A stretch of 64,000 nucleotides of DNA from NCBI GenBank assembly GCA_965153355.1, contig OZ231126.1, forward strand, positions 2,480,001-2,544,000, written 5' to 3'. Shown one piece after another: positions 1-13,100 of this stretch; position 1 is the stretch's first letter; each line of letters begins with the position of its first letter. The notes under the pieces are model-generated. The model was given only the letters and a program-made list of their open reading frames with translations, was not told where the DNA came from and did not search any database. This DNA is from Flaccisagitta enflata. Lineage: Eukaryota. The position numbers and the translations under genes are program-made.

Positions 1-434
1 TTGAGGCACGGAGGGTTGATTTGATGCTTGGAGAGCTGGAGGGCAGATTTGAGGACTGGAGGGCTGATATGAGGCATTTGGGGGTTGTTTTGAAGCCTTG
101 GGGGGCTGATTTCAAGTCTAAATGGTTTGAGGACTGGAGGGTTAAATTGAGGCCTGGGAGGGCTGATTTGAGGCCTTGATGGTCAACTGGGCGGAAAGGA
201 CGGAAGGACGGACATCTGTAAATACCCCCCTGTGTTCAACAGGACATTGGCCCTTTGGGGCCGCTGCCCAAAAAGGCTTCATTCTTGTTATTTGCAAACT
301 GAACTGAGCTGAGAAAGTATAGGTAAATGTAGGTGAATTGGTGACCCAAAGAACTCGTAATGCTTTTGAAAAATGTTACCAATTAGAGCCATCAGTTTCA
401 AAATTATTAGTTATTAATTGTTTCCTGATTTCAG

Positions 435-521
435 GACCATCATTGGATCCTTACTGTACCATTGATAAATCCATGTTCCCAACTGCAAAGGGAACGGGCT
501 TTGGATGGACTTTTCATCAAA
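435..521 (+). CDS. Exon: C-terminal part of an upstream FReD (GPSLDPYCTIDKSMFPTAKGTGFGWTFHQ)
   Basis: tttcag acceptor, gtaagt donor, phase 1-1; GFGW followed by KITLKLRR in the next exon resembles an FReD C-terminus. Confidence 0.7.
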
Positions 522-3500
522 GTAAGTCGTTTCCTTTTTCCATTTCTATTTTTTGTGGATCTCAATTCTCTTGACTCTTCTTCCGGCCATTAAATTGGTT
601 CAAAAAAGCACCGAGACCAAAAAGCATTTTTGCATTTTCAAGTGCGTCCTCGCACTTCTATAAGAGATCATGTCCGTCGGTCGGTTGGTTTGTCGGTTGG
701 TTGGTCGGTGGGTCTTTCGATCACGCAAACGTTTGAAACGCGCAAAATGGCTATTCGGACGTATTTCTTTATTCCTATCACCTTTCAAGCCATACCACAT
801 TCATTTTCATTCATTTATTCATTCATTCAATCATTCATTCAATCATTCATTCATTCATTCAATCATTCATTCATTCATTCATTCATTCATTCATTCATTC
901 ATTCATTCATTCATTCATTCATTCATCAGAAACGTTCATTCACAAATTCTTAATCAAGCTAGGCGCACTTATTGGCCATTACTTGGCCTTGTTGGTTTAG
1001 TAGTAATATTGTCCATTTTTTTTGTGCTGTACTTCTGTATAATGCCCCCACAAAGCCGCATTAACATAACGGGTTATAGAGTTGCGTGCGTGTGACAAAA
1101 AAGTAAACTGTAAAGTGCATTTTCTTCATCTTTTAGATGTGGACAAGATTACGCTGAAACTTCGGAGAAAGAAACCCGCCGAAACTTGCACAAATCTCCA
1201 AGCTCATAAATGGTTATTCTTCCGCTTTGCATTATATTAATGACAGTGGGTGTAATCTTTTCTTGTTGAACCCCGCTCCAACGGATCCGCTAACAACTGA
1301 ATTTCTCCTTTTACAGTTACTTATTCTTTGTTCCTTCTGCCAATTTTATTTCATTTCTCATATTGGCTATAATAGAATTCTGCCTATAAAAGATGAAATC
1401 TATTTGTCCCTCCCAAATCCATTAGAGCGGGATTAGACTGCATAAACTTCAATTTCAATCAGCTGCTGCCATTTATATTTACAGGGACAAATGTGCATTG
1501 GTCCCCACCCCGACAACCGTCGCACTTGACAAAATTCTCATTTTATTCAACATTGGTAAGGAGTCTTCTGATTATGCTTTTGGACACGCTTGCTACCTAA
1601 TCTGAACAACCCCATTCTCCAATTTTTCACTTTCTGTTTCTTTTCCTGCATCTTTTACTAGTAATGGCGGCTATCACCGTGAGAAAAAAAGTCGACTTTT
1701 CATTTGTTAGATCAAATCATGAGCACTTAATCAGAGAAAAATAAGACTAAGTCAAATGAGCTAGATGAACAAAAATGCTCAAAATCACACAACCAGACAA
1801 CCAGCTATACTCACTGACATGCTTTCTTGTATTTGCATGCTCATATCAAAACATTTATAAATCTATTCTATTAAAAATTGATTGAGCTAAATGAGCTAAG
1901 TGAGTTAGAATACTTAAAATTACCCTCACAGATGAGCAGGTATACTCATTGATATGCTCTTTTGTATCTGCTCTCTCTTTCTCTCTTTCTCTCTTTCTCT
2001 CTTTCTCTCTTTCTCTCTTTCTCTCTTTCTTTCTCTTTTGTATCTGCTCTTTTGATATGCTCTTTTGTATCTGCTGTATCTGCATAAAGCAAAATATTTA
2101 CCCATTTATCACATTTGAAATCAAAGAAAGAAGATTGACCTAAATGAGCTAAATGAGGTAGAATGCTCAAAAACACCCTCATAGATGCGAAGCTAGGCTC
2201 ATAAACATGTTTTCTTGTATTTGCATGCTCAAACAAACATATTTATTTTTTTTTATCCTACTTGAAATCATGATAAATAAAAAAAATTCAATATAAACTT
2301 TTTGTAAATAAATCTTTCAAAAATCAAAACGCAAAAAATATTTGTCGTAGAGCATTCTGCTTCGCGCGAAATGAAAGAGAATTATAAAATTTGATTACCA
2401 TGTCAATTTCGTTAAAAAAACCAATTGGTCGATTGAGATGCTCAACTTTTTCATATGAAAAAGAAAACCATGTTTTTCTCGAAAATGTCAAAAAGTCGAA
2501 GACTGACTTTGACTTTTTTCCCCGACAATATAAAGTTTGCATAACACGTCTATCACATGCATCGCAAAAGGGCACAGATAAGGCTTAGAAACAAGCCTGG
2601 CAACAAACGCAAGTTAAGGAAGAACAAATAAAGAAAACGTTGCAAACGGCGACGTAAATGATCTTTTGTTTTTACAGGCGGTTGCTTTGATGTACGAAAG
2701 GGGGAGGAGTTGTATATAATAGATAGAAAACCATTAATGTTGCTGCGCGATACTGGAGATGGATTAGACAAAATAACAACAATGAAACAGTACCAAGATG
2801 GATTTGAGACGGTAGGAATAGAAAATGGTTGACTTTCAGCCACTCGGTTAAGAAACAAGGTCGGATACACGACTACCCCAGTCACGTGCGGGTGGGCAGG
2901 GGCCATATTTCATGTCACTTGATCAATTGGGCATGAGCCGTGAGGCCAAAGACGGCAAAAACCCAAAAAAAGTAAAGTGTGACGGATGGACGGACCAACG
3001 GACCAACGGACGTTCCAACAGAGCGGGGTGTAGAGTCGCGTAGCACGCGACTAAAACGGCCAGGAATCTCGATGGAGAAAATTTCAATTTTAAGGGTTAT
3101 GAAAAAAAATGGACCCATCCCAGATTTTTGCACAGGGGACCTAAAAAGGCTGTAGAACAAGATTCTGATGTTCATTTTGACCTAACTTGAGCCAAAAAAA
3201 AAAAGAAACGGGTTCTAGTGCAAAAAACAGCTATTTTTCCTAAAAAAATGGCATGAAATGAAATATTTTGGCCCTTTATTTGCAGAAACATAAAGTACCA
3301 ATAGTAATTGATATTTGAGTGAATGTAGAACAATTTTTAATAGGTCTATGAGGTTCAAAAATAGCATAATGCTCAAAAATGAAGAAATGACCTAAGAATT
3401 AAAAAATCGTCAAAACTGATGATTTGGAACAGTTTCTTAGGGAAAAATATGCAGTCAGTATGAATTTCATCAATTTACTTAAAAAAACATGGCCGTGATA

Positions 3501-6500
3501 AGCGAAAAACGCAAAATTGCAATATACATATGAGATCAAAGTGCGGTTTTTGCAAAAAAATGGCTTTAGAGGGGGAAAACACTTGCATTCCTCCAGAAAA
3601 GTGTTTGTTTGGTATGGAAAAGCAATAAAATCAACCTATGTATACATAATTGTTATATATGTCTGTCTTTTTTATTGTTTCTTTCTCTCAATACTGTGTT
3701 AAAGTATATCTCTACTGGTAATCATGAATAAGGTTCCTGTTTTAATCTTTAATTTGTACTGGAATCTTTCACCTGAAAATGTAAGATCATAATAGAATAG
3801 TGTCGTTTATTTTGAAAAAAGAAGCCTGCAGATGATATGAGGGGTTTCCTGTATGTTATTTTTTTAGCAAAGAACAGTAAAAAACATGTTTTTTCTTTTT
3901 AAAGAAGCTAAACACAATAAAAAATTGAGTTCTTACCTTTCCAAAGCCATTTTTTGCAAAAACCGCATATTGCGGTTTTGCGTTTTTCGCTTATCACGGC
4001 CATGTTTTTTTTAATAAATCGATGAGATTCATACTGACAGCATATTTTACCCTAAGAAACTGTTCCAAAACATCAGTTTTGACAATTTTTTAATTTTTAG
4101 GTCATTTCTTCATTTTTGAGCATTTTAATGCTATTTTTGAACCTCATAGACCGATTCAAAATTGTTCTAGAGTCACTCAAGTATCAATTACTATTGGGAC
4201 TTTATGTTTCTGTAAAAAAAAAGTCAAAAACATTTCATTTAATACCATTTTTTGGGGGGAAAAATAGCCGTTTTTTGCAATAAAAACCGTTTCTTTTTTT
4301 TTTTTTTTGGCTCAAGTTAGGTCAAAATGAACATCAGAATTTTGTTCTACTGCCTTTTTAGGTCCCCTGTGCAAAAATCTGGGATGGGTCCATTTCGTTT
4401 TTTTTTTTTTAAGAATTTTGCAAGTGAGAATTCTGGCCGAAAAACTGCATGAAACGTGAAATTTGTGTTTATGAACAGCCTGATCATCTGAGATGGATGA
4501 ATCAATGGAATAATTGAAGAATTGGTGTGTGGAAATCATAAACGGAATGAATGGAAATGACTCAAAATAGTCGCTTGCGGGTGGCCAGGGGCTGCAATGC
4601 TCATAAATGACTCTTTCAGCCAACTTGACTTCATCAGAATTTCGTGTAAAATGATTTGAAAAAAAAACCCTTTTAATTTGGTAACATTTTCAGACATCAG
4701 CCAAAGGAATATGGATTGGGTTAGATCGTCTTGTAAAGGTGACCAAAGGTGAGACCACCCAATGAGTTATCAAAACCCATTCTATAGAAGCTAGAAATCC
4801 TTATTTCTGCAAACATTAAGCCTTTAACCAGCGTGGTACATCAGACCAGGGTACGACAAAGTGCGGGAGCATGGGAGCAATGCTCCAAGGCAGCGAGCAG
4901 TTTTGTAGGCAGCAGAGGAAAGTAAAGAGGGGTAAACAAAGAGAGGAAAAAAAAAGAGGGAAAAAGAGAAAGAAAGAGGGAAAAAAAGAGGGAAAAAGAA
5001 AAAAAAAGGAGAGAGGAAAGGAAGTAAAAACAAGAGGATCAAAAAGAAAGAGAGCAACAAAGAAGAAGAATATTGAAAAAGAAAAAAAACGACTAGAAAA
5101 TTAAGGATTGTATAGTCAGAACATCTGGTACTTCAGAATGCAGATTTATGCGTTACGAAATTTGATTAGTTGCTGCTTACAAAGTTTTGCCTTTAAAGTT
5201 CATGGTAAGAAAAAAAGCAAATGATATATAGATGTATAATTGCTGATGTATCATCTGCAGCATATAGTTTATTTCATACAATGTTTTTTATTTAATCCTA
5301 CCTATACAAGGTCAAGTGAAAGAAATAATGAGGTGTCTTTTTAAAAGATTCCTCATTCCTGCCCACAAAATTCATTAGGTTGATGTACTGCATATTACTA
5401 TCAAATTTTTTTCGCTATTGCAATCATGCGAAAATCATATGCAAAATTTGTAGGCAGCGACCAGTAGAAATTTTTTGCTCGTAGGCAGCGAAAATTTTTG
5501 TCGGACCCTGCATCAGACACTGATTAAACCAGTAGCCCAAGGGCAATATATGGTCAGCAATACCCTTTGCCCTGCATTGCGCCATAGTAAGCGAGAGGAA
5601 ACAGGCGCAGCGGCTTCAAAGGGAATAATGTACCCGCAGAGGGACTTTCATTCATCCTACCTAGCGGGGCATATTAGATGCTGACTTTGAGCCTAACTTG
5701 CTTGTTGAAGGCCTCTAAGCCAAAACAAGGCTTCAGAAAGCTGATTTCAATCCTAAGAAAGTGGACTCAAAGGTAACTAGTCATCCAAGGATCGCACATG
5801 TTCAGCGGTACCCGATGCCCTGCTTGGAGTGATAAGCTGCAAAAGTGGAGTGAGAGCAGGGCAGCGGCCCCAAAGGGCCGATGTCCTGTAGGACACAGGG
5901 GTGAATTTCCAGACGTCCTGAGAAGGCACATTTGAGGCCTTTGGGGCTACTTTTCTTGTTATTCAATGAGAACATTGAACTTTTTTCCATTTCATTGTCT
6001 ATTTTCCATGTTATTCAATCTGAATTTTTCATGGAAACATGGAAAAACTTCAATTTTCCATGTTATTCAAAAGGGATTTCCCATATTTTTAACTTCTATT
6101 AAATTATCAATGTTATTCAATGGGAATTTCACATTTTTTTTATTTCTTTATCAATTTTCCATGTTATTCAATAGGAATTTTGCATTTCTTCAATTTTCCA
6201 TGTTATTCAATAGGAACATGAGGCTCGGAGGCTTTGGTAGGGGGGGACGGACGTACGGAAGTACGGACGGACGGACGTCTGGAAATTCACCCCTGGGGCC
6301 GCTGCCCATAAAGGGTGGGAATTAGGTCATTGAGGGCTGAGATTAGGTCGGTAAGGCGTGGCTGGAGGCCTTGGTCGGAAAACTAACTTCATGGGGAAAT
6401 TGGTAGTGCTGACCAACAGGTGATTTTGTAACTTTAAACTCATGTTGAGTTTTAACATAGCGTGCCAATGTTATCTATTCCACCTCTAGCGTTTTTGTGT

Positions 6501-9500
6501 TTTTGTTGTTGTTGTTTTTTTTTTTTTTCTTTTTTTTTTCTTTTTTTTTCAGATAAATGCGATTTGACGGCGAAAATCGAAGAAAAAAGGCTGGGCGTTA
6601 GTGGAAGTCCACATTACCGCACTTATCCCCGATTCGAAGTAAAATTAAAATCCGCTGTCAAATACGAAATATCAATTCCATGTCACGCCAAAGAAATCAA
6701 AGGCTTTACAGATGGATTCTCAATAATGGAGGAACCATCCACCAAGTAAGTGATAAGGCGCTAACGGAGCTGAGTTACAATGGGCTGATTTACAGGCGCG
6801 GTACATTTCAAAATCCATTGTAAGAGATCATATTTTTCTCGGTTTGACTGTTTTGAGTCATCTTGATGCAGTGTTTTAAGATGTACCACAGACCTCCAAA
6901 AAGTATTTTCCTTTTGAGAATGGCTGGTAAGTGGTATGACAGAATGATGTTCTCTTTGGGGTCGTTTCTAGTCACAAACAATCGCGTGTTTAGATGCGTC
7001 CGTCTCTTTAAGGGGGTCTGTCCGTCCGTCTGTCGGTCCGTCCGTCTGTCAGTCCGTCTGTCAGTACATCTGTCAGTCAGTCCGTCCGTCCGTCCGTTAC
7101 GCCTGTGCAGAAACCGCGTTTCTCGGCTGTTTTTGGCCAAGGTGAGATCCCCTACTGAAACATATGATCAACCAACATGTTTTGAGAGCCCCCTTTACTT
7201 GTTAGTCGTTTCGCTGTCTGTTTGTCCATCTGTCACTGTAAATATGTCACATGATCAATATACGCAAAGACACAGTCCAGACGCATCGTTGCCCGGTCGG
7301 GTTTGTAAACGGGCCACTCGGTCGCTCGCGGCCACGGGACAGTTGAAATTCTAGAATGTGTTCACGCTGTGAACACATTTCACGGGGACAAACGCGTTTT
7401 TGGTCGTCAGTAGAAACACGCCCTCGATGAAACACGCCCGTTTTCTTTCTCTCAGACAAACGTTTCAAATTGGTGGTAGTCGTTGTCCGGCTTCTTGGTG
7501 GTTTGATTCCTGCCAACAACCAACTGCAAGACGGTAAAAGTGGTCGATTACATTGCACAACACTTGCATTACACATCATCACATTACGCAACACTTGCAC
7601 TGCAAAATATTACATAGCACTTTTTTTGTATTGCACTACATGCATTGCAGCCGGTTATCCTATATTTCTTACGATCGTAAGTTCATGGGTTAGAAGGCTT
7701 ACAATCGTAGGTTTTCTGTACTCTTTTATAATGGGAAAATGGGTTTTTCCTTCATAACCCAAAAAGCGCTAAATCGATTTTTTTCATTTCTTGGTTCAAT
7801 ATTGTTAGTGAGACCACTAATCTTAGCCAAAAGGAATTGTCATCGCCACTCTTCTATAAACATGTGAAATATGATGATGAATGTGGCTTTCTACAATGCT
7901 TACGTTTCTAGGTTTTCTTGCCTAGAAAGCTTACGATTCTAGAAACTTGCATAGAAAGCTTACGATTCTAGGTCTTTGTTGATATGGACTCGGAATCAAT
8001 TGCCGCTGTCAGGTTGTTTTGTGTTTATGTGCGTCCTCCCATATCTATACGGGGATGTGTCTGTTGGTCTGTCGATTGATCTGTCAGTTGGTTAGTTGGT
8101 TGGTTGGTCCCTCAATCACGCAAATGTTTGCAATACTATTAAATCCAAGCTCTTTCATCACACAAGCAGCGCCAATCGATTCTCATTCATTTATTCATTC
8201 ATTCATTCATTCATTTATTAATTCATTTATTCATTCATACATACATTTTTCAGAAAAAAAATATAAACGTATAAACAACATTCATTCAAAAAAATCAATC
8301 ATTCGCATTTGTTAAGAGGATAAGTCTGCTAAATTTGGATACACTAGCCAGGAGTGTCAAGAATGTATAGCTTTTAACTGATAAGGACATTGTTTCAAGA
8401 GTGTTTCTCATACAAATTTCAAATTTCATTGCATTTTCCTTGACTCATTTTCCTGGTTAGGGTACAAATTATTCCCACAACAAGTCTAAACCAAAATTAA
8501 GACAAACTTAGTTGGACAGAGACAGAGAGCAACCGACATAATAAAGGACAAAAAGAACAATGGAATGACAGTATGGCAAGGATCAATTCTAAGAAAACAT
8601 TTCATTGTTCTAGCTTCCAACCTCATCCAGTCTAGCTATGTTTTAAGACAGTAATTGTTGTTGAATGGATGAATATCAAACAACGCCAGACACATGGCAA
8701 GACAGTTGTGGACGGTTGGGCAGGGGCAATAATGCAACAGGCCGCTTAAGCAACATATGGTCAGCGGTTCCCGTTGCTTATTGTTTTTTATCATAGTTTG
8801 GAAAGAATTTGGTGAATGGGCCAGCGGCCCCGGAGGGGCTAATGACCAATGATTCCACAGAGGGTAATTTTGTCATGGGTAGTCCGACTAGGTTTGAGGC
8901 CTGAGAGGGCTGATTTGAGGCTATGGTGTGTTGATTCAAAAATTCTGATTTGAGGCCTGGGAGGGCAAATTTGAGGCCTGGGAGGGCATATCAATAGTCT
9001 TTGAGGGCTGATTTGAAATGTGAAAGAGCTGATTTTATAAACTTTTGAAAATAGATTTGCTATCAAATGCCATTGAGATGGTCTATGTCTCCAATCATGA
9101 TGAAAGACGACATCTCCGAGTTGCTTACACCTCTATTCCGGAAAATCATTGGCTACAGATGGTCTCAAAGTGTATTTGAACTGCAAAAATTACTGGGGAG
9201 ACCATCATGGGAAGATCTTGTTGACACAAGAAATAGTCGCAAAAGCGTTAGATGGTCAGCGGTACCCGTGCCCTGCTCAAGTAGGTTGTGGTTGAAGTTG
9301 AGGGGGAAGCAGGGCAGCGGCCCCTAAGGCCCCCATATGGGGAATTTTCTCCTCCTCCTCCTCCGTACCCCCCTCTCCCCCCAACCTCCAGGCCCATATT
9401 TCAGCCTCGATGCCGATATCCCAGCCTTGAGGCCCAAATCCCAGTCTTGAGGCCCAAATCCTTTGAGACTGGGATTTAGGCCTTGGGGTTGGGATTTGGA

Positions 9501-10045
9501 CCTTGGGGTTGGGATTTGGGCCTCAAGACAGGGATTTGGGCCTCAAGGCTGGGATATGGGCCTCAAGGCTGGGATATGGGCCTCAAGACTGAAATATGGG
9601 CCTGGAGGTTGGGGGGAGGGGGGGTACGTAGAAGGAGGAGAAAATTCCCCATATGTGTGAAAGCATAGGTCATTGGCCCCTTCGGGGCCGCTGCCCAAAA
9701 ACGGCTTTCTTAATAGAGTTCGTGAAAGTTCTGTCAGTACCCTCGCAAGTGTTTTTTCTCTCATGAATTATTTTTGTGATGGTATTACTTTTGTTTGTTT
9801 TTTAACCAGGGATATATAGTTCTATGATTTCTGATTAATTTCCCATTTTTTTCGCATTACTACTCCTGCCCAACCGTCCGCGACTGGACTGCCGTGTATC
9901 CGGCCTTTTAGACAACTATAAGAGAATTGAGATGCTTTGTCCGACTGTCAGTCTACTGGTCTGTCCGTTGGTACCAAACGCTGTTTAGGAATCACGAAAA
10001 TACAGTGGAAAAATCTCTTTCTCTGTCTGTCTCTGTCTCTGTCTC

Positions 10046-10121
<76 letters not shown>

Positions 10122-13100
10122 CAACAACCTCCATGGAAGGAAGAGAGCAAAGAGTACGCATCTGTGGATCGAATTTTGGCCATGTTTATTGCATCTGAGA
10201 TGAAAAATATCACTCTGATATTAAAGTTGTTTTTAAAAAGTCCCGGCTCTTGCTAGTCAAAGTACTTGCCTGACATGGTTGATGAAAAAAATTCAAAACC
10301 CGCGTACCATTTCCTTCCACTTACACTACCGTGACAAGTTTTTCTATATTTTGTTTAAAAAAAAATAAAGAAAAAAGAAAAAGTGATTCTCTCCTAAGAC
10401 TTGGAGACTAGCCGCTTTAACTAGCAACGAGTGGCACGAGATATTTCCTATGATTAGGGTGGGAAAGATGAAACAAAAAATTTATAGGATTTTTAATGGT
10501 TTAGTCGCAAGCTTTCGTAAAAGTGTCCATAAATAGAAAGAGGTACCCTTGGGCCTTGGGCACCCCCGTCATTCCTTGACCACTGGTTAAAGAATGAAGA
10601 TTTGTTTCGTTGTCCAGGTATCCAACTTCTGATAAGCCTCATTGGGCAGACGTTGGAGATGATCTGCCCATGAAATGGGATTCTGAACAAAAACTGACTG
10701 TCACCATCGGAGGAAAATCTCCTTTTTCCGATTGCCAACAAAATGTTCAACTGCGCAACTGTCCATTGGGTAGGAATAACAAATACCCCGGAGACGGAAT
10801 AGTGCGTTTTTGGACGGACGGACCAAGCTTATTGTAGGGTCGCTTATCTAGGACTAAAGAATGTAAAAGAAGTGGAGAATACACTTATATCATTATTCTA
10901 TTGGTTGCACACGTATACAGTACTGTTGCAATTTAGCCTCTTTAGTCGCGTGCAATTGACTCGAGAGGTTGTTGTGTCTCCATCTGTCAGCCCGTCCATC
11001 TAATGTCTGTTGACCTGTTTGAATGGCGATCCGTATTTGTTTTGCTGCCCCTTTCCAACTACTACTTGAGGATTTTCTTAATTGAACAAGGTAAGAATTC
11101 CGGGTTTAAATCAGGTGGCACAGCGACGGAGAGTAAAGGTCAAATCACGACAATTTTGGTCGATAAGAAACGATACGACGTCCAATGTTATGGCGAGGAC
11201 AAAATTGCCATGTTTGGAATAAAGAATGCGGTCTTTGCAAATCGCTTACACCCTCAACCAGATGGCAGAGCCCCAAAAGGTTTCTATTTCTTCCTCATTT
11301 CTCTCCTCATTGATGGCTTAAGATCTTTTGCTCTTCTTCTGCATGTGGTTCATTTTGCTTTCTCTTCAAAGCCAGGGTCAGGGACATGGAGAGAACTGAT
11401 GCTCCCCCCCCCCCCCACACTAGCCTTTCAACTAGAAATGATGCGCATAGTAACTAGCCAGTGATCGTGACGGCTCACAAGGCCCTCTTCCATTTTTTCA
11501 GTTTGGGTATACCGGGTCATCAATCTGGACTGGGAAAAAGTGTTAAGCTTTTGCTCCTAGCTGCTTCTCCTCACTGGTTTGGAATTTGTTTTCTTTTATA
11601 GTAATACATTTGACGTTTTTTGTATCAAAATTTTATTGGTCTGAGTTAAATACTTTTTCCACAACATCAATTTAAAGAAAAACAAGCCTTTTCTGATACA
11701 GCTAAAATTAGCCTTAATTCATCAAAACTGTTGTTTCTTGAATTTGCTCTTATTTCTCACTGGATTGAGCAGCAAATGTCAGATTTGTATTGGTTGAAAA
11801 TGTATTAATGAATTTTGAAAAACATCGATAATTTGAGACTATTTAAGCATTTGTAGCTCAAACTGATCAAAGATGAGGGAAATAGTTTTGATAAAAAAAG
11901 GATAAATTGAGCTTAAGCCACAATACTTGTATCACTTCAAATTGATGTTGTGGACAAAATATTTGACACAGACCAATGAAATTTTGACACAAAAAACGTC
12001 AAACATAGTACTACATAGGAAAATTAATTCCAAGTCCCTGTGAAGAAGTATCTGGGGGTGAAAGCTTAATACTTTTTCCCAATCCAGATTGATGACCCTG
12101 TAGTGAGTGATATTGTTCCACTTATCATACCGCATAACTTTTTAAGTTTTTAAGCAAAACATTACTTCCTCCTGCGAAATGATTTTGATGCTTTCAATTT
12201 TTGTTTATTTTTTTCGTTCGTGCATCTGAAATTGACACTCCACATTCTCACCAACAAACACCCATCAACAGATATAAAAACATCACTTTCTTACTACTGG
12301 ATGTATTCTTTGGATTTTGTTCACGATTTGACTTCGTCTGCAACGCCAATTCTCTTCACTTCATTGGATGTGGATGTGTATGACCCAAGCTCCACAACGC
12401 CGAAGACGCTCAAATACTCCAATTTTGTCGTGGGTGACTCTTCCACGGATTACCAATTGGGTCCTGACTTATGCTTCAAAACCAACTTTGATGACACCTT
12501 CTCAATCAGAAGAAATGGGGTAATGACACAGTTACAGAATCTAGATGCGCAGTTGAACCCCACTTGTGCGCTTTTTAACTGATCCAAGAATAAAAAATCT
12601 CAGGGATATCAAAGGCCTAACATAATCTATCTGTTTGGCGGATTTTCGTTATTCGCCAGTGCGATGTAAAGGAAACAGAAAAAGAAAGAAAAGGACGAAG
12701 ACCCTGTATCCCATATAGGCGGATTTTCGGATTTGCCGGGACTGTATTTGGAGGATGTTGCCGACGGATGGATACACTGACCGACAAATAAACCATCGGA
12801 CCAACAGACCAACCGACCATCACAGTAGTGTGTAGTCCAGTCATGTGACTGAAAATTACAGTCCTTAGCCAATTTCTGGTAGGAATGAAATACCGTTTCC
12901 AGTTCCTTTCATACTTCATTTTCCAATTGACAATTGACAATAAATTCCACAGAAATTTAAGGACCACAAAAGTGGCAAGAATTTCAAGTGGTGGAATGTT
13001 AAAGACTCTTGTGACGCGTCACATCAGGTACTGTGACCAATCAACATCCAATTTTCCTTCAGTTTCTTTTTGTGTTTTCTAGTATCAGTATGCACTGTGA

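Noticed and set aside
1213-1484. General end-to-end complementarity in all introns
   Set aside because: Only short or imperfect matches outside intron 15775-18768, consistent with chance in AT-rich DNA.
8461-8500. Alternative terminal exon KVQIIPTTSLNQN*
   Set aside because: Phase fits, but the exon at 7456-7533 supplies the expected WWFDSC motif and the gene continues.
9110-9250. RKIIGYRWSQSVFELQKLLGRPSWEDLV as a gene exon
   Set aside because: No suitable splice sites; it more likely is a very short LINE C-terminal remnant, too short to call.
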